A stretch of DNA of 64,000 bases from Rebecca billardiae RCC1528 (taxonomy: Eukaryota; Protista; Haptophyta), in NCBI GenBank assembly GCA_965240325.2, contig OZ251251.1, positions 558,001 to 622,000 on the forward strand. The letters are read 5' to 3'. Position 1 is the first letter of the stretch; every line of letters starts with the position of its first letter. Position numbers and translations under genes: made by a program. Of this stretch, positions 10,465 through 23,700 are shown in pieces. A model generated the notes under the pieces. That model saw nothing but the letters and a program-made list of their open reading frames with translations. It ran no database searches and had not been told where the DNA came from.

Positions 10465-13011
10465 TCACTGCTGCTCCGCCGCGGCAGTGGGCGCGGGCGC
10501 GGGCGCGGCGGCGCCCGGTGCTGGCTCGGGCTCCACGGCGGCGGCGCCGCCGTCGGCCGCCGCCTCGCCGCCCGCGTCCGCCGCGGCGCCTCCGAGGCCC
10601 TCGACCGAGCCCTGGCGCTCAGTCGGCCACGGCCCAGGCTGCAGCTCGCCGCCCGCGTCCGCGCCCTCGCTCTGCGGCCGGGAGAGCGGTGTGCCGACGC
10701 GCGGGCCCGCGCGCTCGTGCAGCGGCGGCGGCACGGCGCTCGCGCCGACAACGCCCGTGCGCGACGTGCGCATCAGCGCGTGGAGCTCCTCCTCGCCCTC
10801 GGCCGGGCGCATCGAGGTGGCGCCCCAGCCGCCGTGCGTCGCGTTGCCGCCCTTGGCGCTCGCGAGCCGAACGCTCGCCGGCGGCGGGCCCGGGCGGTGC
10901 GCGGCCGACGCGGTGCCCGCGCGCGCCGTCGAGCTGCCGCCCGCGGCCCCGGCGCGGCTCGGCGCGCGCGTCGTCGGCGCGCGCGACGCGACGCCCCCGC
11001 CGCCCGGCGTGCCGCCGCCGCCCGCGGAGCCGGCGCCGCCCCGCGCGGCGGGCGAGCCGGCCGCGCCGCCGCCGCCGCCCGCGCCCGCGCGGTGCTGCTG
11101 CGTCGCCGGCCGCGACCCCACCACAGGGAAGTGCTCCCAGGCCAGTTCGCCCAGCGCGCTGTCCTCGTCGGCAATCAGCATGGACACTTCAGCGGACGTG
11201 AGGCGCGGGGGCGTCTCTCCGCCGCTGCCGTCCGCGCCGTCGTACCCGCCGTGCGCGATGAAGTCGTCCGCGGCGGCGGTGAGCGCGGTCGAGTCGGCTG
11301 ACGCGCTGTGCAGCGCGTGCTGATACGACGAGGACACAGAGGGTCCGGGGCTGGCGGTCCGGGTGCCGGCGGTCGTCGCCGGTCTGGGCGGGCTGCCCGC
11401 GCGCGGGCTCCGCGGCCCGCCTGGCGGCGCACGCCCGTCGCTTAGCCGCGAGCCCTCCGCGACGGCGCGCGTGTGCGAGCGCGGGTTGCGCGTGATCGCG
11501 GCGCGCGCGATCGGCGGCAGCCGACTCAAATACTCGGCCGGCACCGCCGCGCCGGACGGGGCGTGCTGCTGGCTGCCCAGAAGATCCGCCATGGGCCTGG
11601 GGCGGCGGCGGCGGCGGGCGGGCGGCGCGGGGCCGGGGGCGCGGGCGCGGATCAGTCCGAGTGCCGCGCGGCGCGCTCGCTGGGTGCACGGCTCGGGCGG
11701 AGTGCCCGGGCGCGGGCTGCCTGCCTGGACGCCCCGCCCCCGGGGGCGCCGCAGCGGCGCGTGCGTGCGCGCGGCCGCGCGCGGGCCACGCGCGCACGCA
11801 CGCCCGCACGCGCGCAGGAGTACGCAGGAGCGCGCGGCGCGGCGCGGCGCGGCGCGTGCCGCGCGCAAGGGGCCTTGCGCACCTCGGGTGAGACAGTAGC
11901 ACCCACGGCGCGGGCCCGCTCTGCGGCGGCCCGGCTCCGAACTCGGCGGCGAGCGCGGCGGCGTGCTGCGCGTCCAGCGCCTGCACCGGCCCGCCCGCCG
12001 CCTCCGCCGCCTCGGCATCCAGCTTGTCAACCGCTAGCTGCGCTGCGAGCAGCTGCCGCGCGCGCAGCTCGGCGCTAGCCGCCGCGTCCGCGCCGCCACC
12101 GCCGCTGGCCTGTGGCTCGGCGGAGAGCGCCGCCGCGGCGAGCAGCGCCTGCTGCCGGCTATGATGGAGTGCGTAGAGCGAGTCATCGTGCGGCGCGGCG
12201 CGGCGCGGCGCGCGCAGCCTCGCAGTGCCGGCGCGCGCCGTCACCGCCGCCTCCCGCGCCTCCGCCTCGGCGGCCGCGCCGTCCGCGTCGGCCCAAAGCA
12301 GGCTCGCCGCCGCCGCCGCCGCGTTGAGTGTCGCGGCGTGCGGCGCGGTCGTGATCCGCCGCCGCTCGAGCGCGGCGCTCGCCCGGATGCTCTGTCTAAA
12401 TATCTCCTCCTCCTGAGTCGCCTCGTATGGCTCGGGCACGGCTGCGCGCCCAACACAAAAGCAACATCCAAAGACGCACAGAAAGCCCCAAAAAAACAAA
12501 AGCGCCAATTGAGGATTCAATCAACAACACCATGGGCGTGTGTCGCGGGGCAGGCGGGTGGTGGTGGTGTGTGTGTCAGCGTGCGCGGCGTGGGCGCGGG
12601 TGCCACGTGCGGCCGCGCGCGACCGGCGGGACGGGCACTCCGCGCGCGGCGCGCGCGGCCGGTGGGTGGCCTGAGCCAGACGCGCGTGGCGCGCGCCAGC
12701 CATTTCTTCTGGCTGTACGGCTCAGGCCATGCAGCGCCTGGCTCAGGCGCGCGTGGCGCGCGCGCGTGCGCACCTCTGCGAGTCATCGTCGAAACCGCCT
12801 CCGCCTCGGCGCGCGCGCGCGCCGCGCGCTGCGCGGCGGCGGCGAGCGCGGCGCGCGCGCCCGGCCCACCGAGCGCGCGCGGCGACGCGGGCGACGGCGA
12901 CCAGCCCGACGGCAGCGGGCGCTCGCGGACGGCGCCGGCCGCACCGCCGAGCGGCGTGGAGTGCGCGCGCGCGAGCGCGGGCGGCGGCGCGCGCGGCGGC
13001 GTCGCCGGCGG

Positions 13012-13047
<36 letters not shown>

Positions 13048-16000
13048 GGCTTCGGCGACGGCGGCGCCCTCCGCGCGCGCGGCGCGCGCGCGCGGCGCGG
13101 CCGTCTGCCGCTGCGCATCCGGCGCGCCGGCGGCGGCGCCGAGCGCCGCCGCCGCCGCGGCGGCCGCGGCGGCGGCGGCCGCGTCCGCGTCGACAGCGTC
13201 GGCGAGCTCAGCCGCGGCCGCCGCCATTTCGCTCGCCCACGGGAAGTAGCCGAGGGCGTCACGCAGCAGCTGCGCCACGTCATGCAGCGCCTCCTGGTCT
13301 GACTCCTGCACGTCGCCGATCGCCGCGAGCGCCTGCAGCAGCGCCGGCGACGACTGCTGCAGCCGCTGCGCCGGCTCCGACTCGAACGCCGTCAGCGCCG
13401 GGAAGTCCTCTGCAAGCCGAGCGACCGCGGCCGCGACCGCGCTGTCCAGCGGGCCGATGGCGCGCACGGCGGCGGAGGCGGAGGAGGCCGCGTGCGCCGG
13501 GTGCTGCGCCGAGGCGGGCGCGCCGGCGGAGGCGGACGCCGCCACCGCGAGCACGGAGCGGCGCCGGCTGGTCGGGCCTTGGGCCGTGCCGCCGTCGCCG
13601 CGCGCGGCCGCCGAGGCCGCGCCGACGCGCGCGCGCGCCGCGCCCGCGCCCGCGGCGGTCTCCGCCCCGCTGCCTGGCGCAAGCGCGCGGCCGACGTGCG
13701 GCGCGCCGCCGCCCGCCACCATAGCGCCGCGCTCGAGCAACCATTGGTTGAGCAGCGGCAGCTGCAGCTCCTCGTAGCCGTCGTTGTAACGGCGCAGCCC
13801 CGACGTCAGGTCGCGCGCGCGCAGCGCGCACCCGTCTCCGAGCAGCCGCGCCATGCCGGCCACCCCAAACTGCCGAAGCGCGCGCTGCAGTGCGTGCAGG
13901 CGGACGCAGTCGACGGGCGCGGGCGCGCGCACGAGCGTCGAGCGCAGCCGGCGCAGCGCCGCGCCCGGCTGCGCGCCCGCCGGCGCGCCGCCGTCCGCCG
14001 CGAGCGCGTCCGCCGACGCCGCGAGCATCTCCAGGAGCGACGCGGCGCTCGGCGGCGGGCCGCCGAGGAGAGAGCTCGACGCGAGCGCGGCCGCGGCGGC
14101 GGCGTCGCCCGCGCTCGCGCCGAGCGCGGCGGGCGCGCCGCCAAACGCGGCAAGTACCATCGAGCCCGCGCCCGCCGCGGCCGCCGCGGCGGCCACCGCC
14201 GGCAGCGGCGTGCTGTCCGCCAGCCGCAGCACCGCGTTCAGCTCCGGCAGCGACAGCGCCTCGCGCCCGCCCGTGTGCGAGCGCGCAAGCGCGACGAGCG
14301 TGCCGACGCGCACGGCGTGGCGCGGGCCGAGCAGAGCGCGCGCGTCGCGCGCGCCCGCCGACCTGCGCGCGCGCGCGCGCGCGCGTGCACGCGCGGAGGC
14401 GGCGCGGCGCGGCGGCGCGTGAGCGGCGGCATGCGCGTGTGATCGGCGCGCGCGCGCGCGCGCGGGAGCGGCACTCGGCGGCGGCAGGCGCGGCGGCGCG
14501 CGGCGGCGCGGACAGTGGCGCGCGCGCGGACGCGCGCGCCGAGGCGGGCGGGCGGCGCGCGCCGAGGCGAGGCGCGCACTTGAGGATGGCGATGAGCCGC
14601 GCGAGGTCGAGGCGGACGACGCCGGCGGGCGAGGGCCTCGCGAGCGGCAGCGAGCCGCCCGCGCCGCCCGCCGCCGCGGCGATCGCCACGCGCGCGCGCT
14701 GCGCGCCCGCGTGCGAGTCCGCCTCGAGCGCGCGCACAATGGCGCGCAGGAACGATTCGAACGAGATGAAGTCGGCTCGCGGCAGGCCTGCCGCGGCGCG
14801 CACGAGGCAGTTCAGCCGGCCGAGCGAGAGCGGCAGCGAGTCGGTGGCGGGCGGCGGCGGGATCACGGGCTCCTTCGTCCACACCGCCGCCTGCGCCTCG
14901 CCGCCAGCGCCGCCGCCGCCGACGCCCGCGCCGCCGCCGCCCGCCGCGCCCGCGCCGCCCGCCGCCGACGGCGCGGACGCGGGGAGCATGTACTTCACGA
15001 TGGCGGTGCGCAGCGCGCCGACCGAGACGCGCGAGTCCGGGAGCAGCTGCACGTCCTCGACGAAGGAGTGCGCGCGCGAGCCGTCCTCCGTCGAGCCCGG
15101 CCCGAGGCCGAGCCAGTCGCCGCCCGCCGCCTCCGCCTCCGCCTCGTCCGCCGCGGCTGCTGCGGCCTCGGCGCGTGTGCGCGTGCGCGCGCGGCGGTCG
15201 TCGGCGTCGCCAGCGCCGCCCGCGCCCGCGCCCGCGCCCTTTGTCTTGGCGGCGGCGCGGCGGCGGCCGAGCACCTCCGCCTCCGACGTGTTGGGCGGCA
15301 TGTTGGACAGGTCGCGCACGAGCAGCCCGACGTCGAGCAGGCTCACGCCGCCCGCGCCCGAGCGCAGGTACGCAGCGCGCGCGCGCAGCCGGCCGCTGCC
15401 GCGCTCGGCGGCGACCGCGTCCAGCGCGGCGGACGCCTGGCGCACAAGTGCGCCTAGCTCGGGCAGCTCGGGCGTGTCGTACGTCGCCGCGGCGCGGAGG
15501 AGCACGCCGAGCTGCGCCGTCGAGTACGACTCGCCGTTGTACGCGCCGTCGGACGGCGCGCGCGCGCCGCCGCCGCGTGCGGGCGGCGCGGCGGCGGAGG
15601 CCGCGGCCGCGGGCGGCGGCCGCGCGTGCCGCCACGCCAGCCCGAGCTTACGCACGGTGACGTCCGCCGCGGCGGGCACCGTGACAAGCGGGTGCGCGTC
15701 AGGCACGCCCAGCTGCTGCAGCAGCTCGAAGAAGGCGCGCGGGCGCAGCCGCAGCCGCGGCCGCTGCATCCGCGCGAGCGCTGCCGCGGCCGCCTCCGCC
15801 GCCGTCCCCGCGCCGAGCGGCTCCGCCAGCGGCGGCGGCGGCCCCGAGTCATAGTCCCAGCAGTACAAAGGGCCGAGGGAGGCGGGCGCGGCGGCGCGCG
15901 CGGAGCCGCCCTCGCTCGCCTCGCGCCCGTCTGCGCCGTCGTCGTCCGCGCCGCCCGTGTCCGCCTCCGAGCCGCGCTCCTCCGCCGCCCACGCGACGGC

Positions 16001-19000
16001 GCCGCGCCCGCCGCCGCCACCGCCGCCGTACCACGCTGCCTGCGCCTCGCGGACGGCGCGCGCCGCATCGGTGGCGGAGGCGGCGACCACCTCGTTGCGG
16101 CTTGCGGTCGGGAGTGACTCGGCGACGGCGCGGACAAACGCCTGCGGCTGCGGCCAGTCGGGCGGGCTGCGCCGCCGACGCACCGCCGCGGCGCCGAGCT
16201 GCGACGCCGCCGCCGCCGCCGACGAGGATGCGCGCGCGGCACCCTCCGCGCTCGCGCCGCCGCCGCCGCCGCCGCTGCCGCCGGCCGCGGCGCGGCTGGG
16301 CAGCGCGTAGCCGTCGGCGGCGGCGGCGGGGATGGTGGACGCGGGCAGCAGCTGCAACTCCTCACACTGCCGCGCGCGCAGCAGCACGCTCAGCAGCCCG
16401 GCGGAGAGCAGCGCCGGCGGGGGCGAGGGCGACGATGCCGGCGGCTCGGCGGCACCGCCGCCGCCGCCGCCGCCGCCGCCCGAGCCGACGCCAGACTCGG
16501 CTGCGCCGCCGCTGCCGCCGCCGCTGCCGCCGCCGCCGTCACTGAGCCAGCTGTCGGCCGCGCCGCCCCCCAGCCCCGCCGCGCGCTCGAGAGCGCCCAA
16601 CTCGGCAAAGTCGTCGGCGAGCTCAAACAACTCGGCCAGCGTGAGCCGGGGGTAGTAGTGCACGGCCACGGCGCGGACGGCGGGGGCGATCGTCGCCGGA
16701 GGGGGCGGCGGGGCGGCGGCGCCGCCGTCGGCGCGGCGCGCACTCGCAGAGGCGGAGGTGGCGGGTCGGCCGCCCGCGCCCGCGCCGCCGCCGCCGCCGC
16801 CACCGCCGCGGCGCGGCGCCACGCCGCTCGCCGACGCGGCCGCGGCCGCGGACGCCGCCGCCGTCGCGCCCGAGAGCGCCCCTGGCACGCCGGCGCGTGC
16901 GAGCCCCTGCTGCACGAGGAGCGCGAGCGCGCGGATGTCTAGAACAGAGCCGCCGCCGCCGTCGTCCGAAGCGGCGGCGCCGCCCGCCGCGGCGGCGGAG
17001 GATGAGCCCTCCGCGCCGCCGCTGGCGCCGCGGCCGCTCGTCGGCGGGCGCGAGCTCCCGCCGCCGCCGGCTGCTGCCGCGGCTGCTGCTGCTGCCGCCG
17101 CGCCGGGGGCCTCCCGCCTGCGCACGAGTACGGATCGGCGCTCCATCCAGACGACCTCGCCTGCGGAGGGCGCGGCGCGGCGCGGCGCACGGGAAGGACG
17201 CGGCGCGGGCGCGGCGAGGGCGCGGCCGGGGTAAGCGGGGGCACACGAGGGGGCGCGGCAGCGTGAGCGAGCGCGCGCGGCGGCGGCGGCGGCAGCAGCA
17301 GCAGCAGCAGCAGGGGCAGCAGCAGCAGGGGGAGGGCGCACGCACGCGGCACTGGCGCGCGCCGCCGCGCGCGGGAGCGGCCGCGCACGCACCGGCGGCG
17401 GGCGGCAGCGCGGCCGCGACCGCGGCGACGAAGCCCTCGACGCGCGGCAGCCCGTCAAACGGCGCGAGCGTCGCCGCGGCGCGCGCGACACACAGCAGCT
17501 CTCGCGGCCTGAGCAGCTCGCGGCCATCGGTGTAGCCGCGGCCCAGCGCGGCCTCAAGCTTGGTGAGCGTGAGCGCGCGCGCGCCGCCGCCGAGCAGTGG
17601 GTCCGAGCCGTGCGCGCCCGCGCCGCGCAGGCGCGCCGAGAGCGCGCGCACGTCCACGCGAGGGCCGACGGGGTCGTCGTCGTCGGGCGGCGCGGCGGCG
17701 CTTGCGGTTGCCAGCGCCGCCGCCACCGCGCCGCCGGAGACGACGCACGCTCGCAGCAGCTCGAGCACAGCCGGCGCGCGCGCGAGCGCCGAGCGCGCGT
17801 GCGCGAGCGGCGCGGGCGCGTCCGCACCCACCGCGCCGCCGCCCGCCGCGAGCGCGCGCGCGGCGCGCACGCCGCCGGCAATCGCGCGCGGGCTCAGCGC
17901 GCGCTGCGCGCGCGGCGAGAGCGACGCCAGCGCCGGCGCCCCGGATTCAACGCCTGGCGGCGGCGCGCGCCCGCGCACTGCCGCGGCGAGCGTGTGCGCC
18001 ATGCTGACGAGGAGGGCGTCGAGCGACGGCGCGTCGTCCTGCTCCACCGTCGACGCGATGCGCAGCGCCGACTCGACCTGCCGCGCCGTGAGCAGCCGCG
18101 GCGCGCTCGCGCCCGCGCCGCCGCCGAGGGCGGGCGGGCCGTAGCGAAACGCTGCCGCCTCGAGCGCGCGCAGCGTGACACCTGAGCCGCCCGCGCCGGC
18201 GCGGAGCAGCGGCAGAGAGGGCCAGAGCCGCGCCTCGGCGAGCGCGCGCACGCAGCCGCGCAGGTCAAGCAGCTCCGAGCTCGCGCCCTGCTGCGCCGAG
18301 CCGCCGCCGCCGCCTGGCGTCGGCGCGCGTCGGCCGGCCGCGGCCGCGCCGGCCGCGCCGCCGGCGCCGCCTGGCGGCGGCACGCCCGGTCGCAGGTGGG
18401 GGGCGCCGGGCACGACGGTGACGAGGTAGGTCGAGCGCTTCTTGAGCAGCGCGCTCGCGCGGTGCCCGCCGCCGAGCGCGCGCTCCGCCACAGCCTGCAC
18501 GAACGCGTCCGCCGACACGAACGGTGCCCCAAACGCCGCGGCCGCCGCCGCGCGCGCGAGCACGCGCTCGGCGCGCGCCGCGGAATCCTGCGGCGGCGCC
18601 GCCGCCGCCGCCTCGCCGAGCTCGTGAGCGGCGCCGTCGGCCGCCGTGGCGGCGGCGGCCGCCGCGCCCGCGCCGCCCCGCGCCGCAGGCCGCGCGGCGG
18701 ACCCGCACGCCACAACCGCGCCGCGCGCGGCCGCGGGCGCGGCGGCGGGCGCGCCGCCAGAAGTGGCGGCGGCCGCGCCCGCGGCGGCGGCGGGCGCGAG
18801 CTCAGCGGGCCAGTCAGAGGCGGGCGCGGGCGGCAGCGGGCCTGGCGGCTCGAGCGCCGAGCCCGCGTCGGCGTCGGCGTCGTCGTCGGCGGCGGGCGCG
18901 CCCTCGCGCGGCGGCGGCCGATAGAAGCCGGCGATGGCGGTGGCACCCGCCTCGGCGCCGCCGCCGCCTCGGCCGCCCGGCTCGGTGGCAGCGCCGCCGC

Positions 19001-20703
19001 CGCCGCCGCCGCCGCTCGTCAGCGTGAGGGCAAGCGGCCCGCCACCGGCCTCGGCGCCCCCGCCGGCCTCCCCCGTGAACGCCGCGTGCACCGCGCCGAG
19101 CAGCGCGCGCAGGTGCTCACGCAGTCGCACGTACGACGTGTAGAGCGTAACGGCTTTATTGCGCAGCCCTGTAACGACCAGCGCCTGACGCACGGCAGCG
19201 CGGCGCGCGGCGGCTGCGCGCGCGTTCGCGGCGCGGGCGGAGGGCGGGGCGCACGGAGCGCGGGCGTCAGTGCGGGCGCGCGCTCGCGTGCGCAGCGCCC
19301 GCGGCACCGTGTGCGCGCGCGAGCGCGCGGCCGCGCGCGCGCCCCCGACGCCCCCGACGCCCCCCGCGCGCCCCGCCCGCCGCGGGCGCGCGCGCGCCGG
19401 CGCGCGCGGCTGCGCGCACTCGTGCGGAGGGAGGTGATCTTGAGCGCACGGCGGTCGCGCTCGGCCTGCGTGCGGTACGCGGCGATCAGCACGCGCGCCC
19501 ACGCCAGCCGACGCTTCGCCTCCTGCCGCGTCGCCGCGTGCGCCGTCGCCTCGGCGCGCGCGCGCGCGACCGCCGCGGTCGCGTCGGCGCGCGCGCCCTC
19601 CGCCGCAGCCGTCGCCGCCTCGGCGCGCTGCAAAGCCGCGTCGGCGCGCGCGTTCGCGTCGCGCGCGGCGGCCTTCGCGGCGAGGGAGCCGCCGGCCGCG
19701 ACCGCCGTCACGCCGCCACCCACGCTCACGCGCTCCGCCGCCGCGCCGCCGCGCGACGCTCGGAAGCTCTCGCGCTGCGAGCGCTCGGCGGCGCCGCCGG
19801 CCGCGGCGGCGCGGCCGGCGCCGCCGCCGCCGCCCTCCGACCGGCGGGGTGACCGACTTGGCGTGCGCGAGCGGCTGCGCCGGCCGGTGCCGCCGGCGTC
19901 GGCGTCCATGTCGGCGGGCGCGCGCAGCCTCGACGCGCCCTTCTCCGCGCGCCGCGCGCTCGACGCCGCCGCCCCGCCCTCCGCCGCGTCGTCGCCGCCG
20001 CCGCCGCCGCCGCCGGCGGCGCGCGCGGCGCGCGCGCGGCGCGCGCGCGGCTCGCGGCCCTTGCGTGCGCCGCGCCGCGCGCCGCCGCCGTCGGCGGCGC
20101 CGTCGGCGCGCGCGCGGCCGGCGGCGCTGGCGGGCGAGCCCGCGCGCGCGCCCTCCACGCCCGGCGTCCCCTCCTCGCCCTCCTCCTCCGCCTCCGCGCG
20201 GCGTGCGCGCTTCTCGCGACGGCGGCGCGGCGTGTGCTTGCGCCGCCGCTCCGCGCCGCCGCCCTCGGCGCCGCCGCCGCCCGCCGCCGCCGCCGCCGCG
20301 GGCGCGCCCGCCTCGGCGCCGTCGGCAGGCGCGCGGGCGCGACGGCGCGCGGCGCGCGTGCGCGAGCCGCGCGGCGCCGACGCGCCGCCGCCCTCCGCCG
20401 ACGGCTCGCGAGCGCGCCCGCCCTCGGCGACGGCGGAGGCGCCGCCGCCGTCGGCCGCCGAGCCGCCGCCGCGCGCGCTGCCGCCCGAGCGCGCGCGCGG
20501 CGCGCCGGCTGCGACCGCGGCCGTTGCGGCGGCGGCCGCGCGGCGCGAGGCGGCGGCGGCGCCGCCCGCGTCGTCGTCACGCGCGCTGCCGGGCCCGCCG
20601 CTGCGCGCGCTGCCGCCGCTGCCGCCGCGGCCCCCGCCGCCGGCCTCCGCCTCCGCCTCCGCCTCCGCCTCCGCCTCCGCCTCCGCCTCCGCCGGCGCCG
20701 CGA

Positions 20704-20753
<50 letters not shown>

Positions 20754-23700
20754 TAGTCAGAGCTGGCCAAGCTGTCGCCGTCGTCGTCGTCCTCGCCGCT
20801 GGAGACGAAGTAGTCGTCGTCGCTGCCCTCCGCCGCCGCCGACTCGCGCTCGTCCAGGCTGCCGTACCCGCCGTCGCTCTGCCCGTCGGCGTCACCGTCA
20901 CCGTCGGTGTAACGGCCGCCGTAACCGTCGGTGTAACGGCCGGACGAGCCCGTGCTCGCACCGTCTGGGTCTGCGCCCGGCGCGCGGCGGCGCCCGCCGC
21001 CGCTGCCGCCGCTGCCGCCGCGGCGCACGCGGCGGCGCGCGCGCGCGGAGCCGCGCGAGCCGAACGAGCCCGGCCCCTCCTCCTCCTCCTCCGCGCGCCC
21101 CCCCCCGCCGCCGCCGCTCAGCCGCACGCCCATGCCGTGCTCGAGCACGAGCGCGTCATGCAGTTTGGTTTCGAACGCGTCGACGCGCACGAACAGCGAC
21201 GCCATGCCCGACTGGACGTTTCGCAGAAGCTTCGTGGCGGCGGCGGCCTCGAGCGCGACGCCCGGCGGCGCGTTGGGCGGCAGGTTGATCGCCGAGATGT
21301 GCGCCTCGAGGTTCCGGCTCGCCGTCGCCCTGTCCAGCAGCGCGTGCAACTCGCCCACGCGCGTCCACAAGTCCTCCACAGTGACCAGCCCGCCGGGGCC
21401 GGAGCCGCCGGGGCCGTGGCCGGCGGGCAGCTCGAGCTCGCCGCGCGCGGCCTTCCAGAGCGCCTCGGCGGCGTCGGTGCCGCCGACCGCGTTGATCAGC
21501 ACCGCGAGCTCCTGCGCCGCACGCGCGCCGCCCGCCGCCGAGGCCACCTCGCTCAGTGCCGCCTCATCGCCCAGGCCGAGCTGGCCGGCGAGCGTGTCGG
21601 AGTTTCGGCGCGTGAGCGCGGACGTGGGGCGCGAGCGCACGGAGGGCGCGGAGGGCGGGCGGAGGACGACGCGGTCGCTCTCGGCGTCGGCGAGCGCCTG
21701 GCACAGCACGGCGATGCGCGCGGCGGCGGACGCCGCCGCCGAGCCCGGCCGCGCGATCGCCGCCGCGTGCGCCGCCATCGCCGCCTGCTCGGCCGCCACC
21801 GCGACCGCATCGGCCGTCTCCGCGCGCAGGCGGTCGATCTCAGCCGCCATCTCCACGACGCGCTGCTCGGCGGTGGAGGGCCGGCTGCGCGGCCTCGGCG
21901 ACGTCGCGGCGGCGGCGACGGCCCAGCGCCCCGCGGCGCCCGCCGCGGCGAGCGCGCGCACGCGCGCGTCCAGCCGTCCCAGGCGGATCTCGGCGCGCGA
22001 GATCGACTCGGAGATCGCGATCTGGCGCGCGCCGAGGCCGTCGGCGGCCGGCCCGCCGGAGGGCGCGGCGAGCGCGGCGGCGACGGCGGCGGAGGCGGCG
22101 GTGGCGAAGGCCTGCGCGGCGGCGTGCGCCTCCTCGCCGCCGCGCGCCGCCGCCGCGCTCTCCACCGCCGCGCGCACCGCCGCGCGCCGCGCACCGCGCT
22201 CCGCCGCCGCCGCGTCCGCCGCCGCTCCGGGCACGAGCGCGCGCGCGCCCTCGCTGCCGCGGCCCTCCGCGCCGCCGTCCGCGCCCGACTCGGCGCCGCC
22301 GGCGCCACCGGCGCCGCCGCGCAGCAGCTCGGCACGGAGCAACCCCGGGATGGCCCCGGGGCTCGCTTCAATCGCCGCGTCCGCCGCGGTGCCAGACTCG
22401 CCCGCGGCCGCGCTCGCCGCCGCGTCCGCCGCCGCCTCCGAGCGCACCTCGTCGTCGCCGGCGAGCGTCGTCGGCGCGCGCAGCCGCGCGTCCGACGCCG
22501 CGATCACGGCCAGCGCGTCCGCCAGCAGCGAGTTGGCGGACGCGCCCGCGTCGGCGCGCGTGCGCGCCTCAGACAGCGCCGCCTGTATCGCTTCCTTCTC
22601 CTCCGCCGCCGCCGCCGCCGCCGCCTCCGCCTGCGGCGCGCAAGGCGGGCGGGCGGCGAGGCGGGGTGAGCGCGGGCGCATCGGCGCGGCTGGCGCACGG
22701 GAGGCGGGCGGCGGCTGGCTGGGGGGCACCGCACGCCCCCGCCACCGCCACCGACGCCGCACACACACGCACACGCAGCGCGCGCACACGCACACGCACA
22801 CAGCGCGCGCGCGCGCAACCGCGCAGCCGCGCCGTGCGCAGCGCGCCCGACGCCGCGCGCGCCATGCGCCCCGCGCCGCACACCTGTGTCGTGAGCGCGG
22901 CCAGCGCCTCCTCCGCCTCCCTCTGCTTGGCCGAGGCGGCGCCCGCCTCGCGCTTGGCCTCAGCCGTCGCGCTGCGAGCGGAGCGGCGCGGCGCGTGCGC
23001 GTGCGGCGCGGGGCGTGAGCGCGCGGCGGCGGCGGCGATGGCGGCGGCCGCCGCCGCAGCAGCACAGGACAGCGCGCCAGCCGGCCTGCGCGCCGCCCAC
23101 CAAGCCGGAGGCCCCGCTCTCACACACACTGCACACTGCACCAGCCTCCGGAGCGGCACCGCACCGCGCGCACAGCGCACCGCGGCGCGGCGCGCCGACG
23201 GCCGCGCCCCCCCCCCCCCGAGCAACTTCCGAGCAACTTCCGAGCAACTTCCGAGCACGGCGGCGGCGGCATGGCAGCGGCGGTGCCGGCGCGCGCGACG
23301 GGCGGGCGCGCGCACACACGCACACACACGCACACACACACACACACGCACACGCACGCGCGCACCGTTTGCCCTCCTCCTCCGCCTTCTCCGCCGCCGC
23401 CCTCGCTGCGACGAGGTTGCCCTCCAGAGACTCGACGGCGGTCCGGAGCTCGAGCCCCTCCGAGCGCGCGGCGGCGAGCTCCGCGCGCGCCTGCGCCGCG
23501 CCCGCCGCCTCCGCCGCCATCTCGTCCGCGCGCGTGTTGGCCACCGCCAGCTCATCCTCGAGCTTGGTGCGCGCGTCGGAGAACTCCGTCAGCTGCCGCT
23601 CGAGCCGAGCGCGCGCCTTCGCCTCCTCCTCCGCCTCGCCCTTCACGTCTTCGTATTTGCGCTGCGCACGCGGGGGGGCGCGGGGGCGCGGGCGGGCGGC

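Noticed and set aside
11189-12520. ORF starting MNPQLALLFFWGFLCVFG as a separate secreted protein
   Set aside because: The start is TTG and the hydrophobic run is a T-rich intron 3' end before a GCAG acceptor (~12443); it is more likely an exon of the giant gene.
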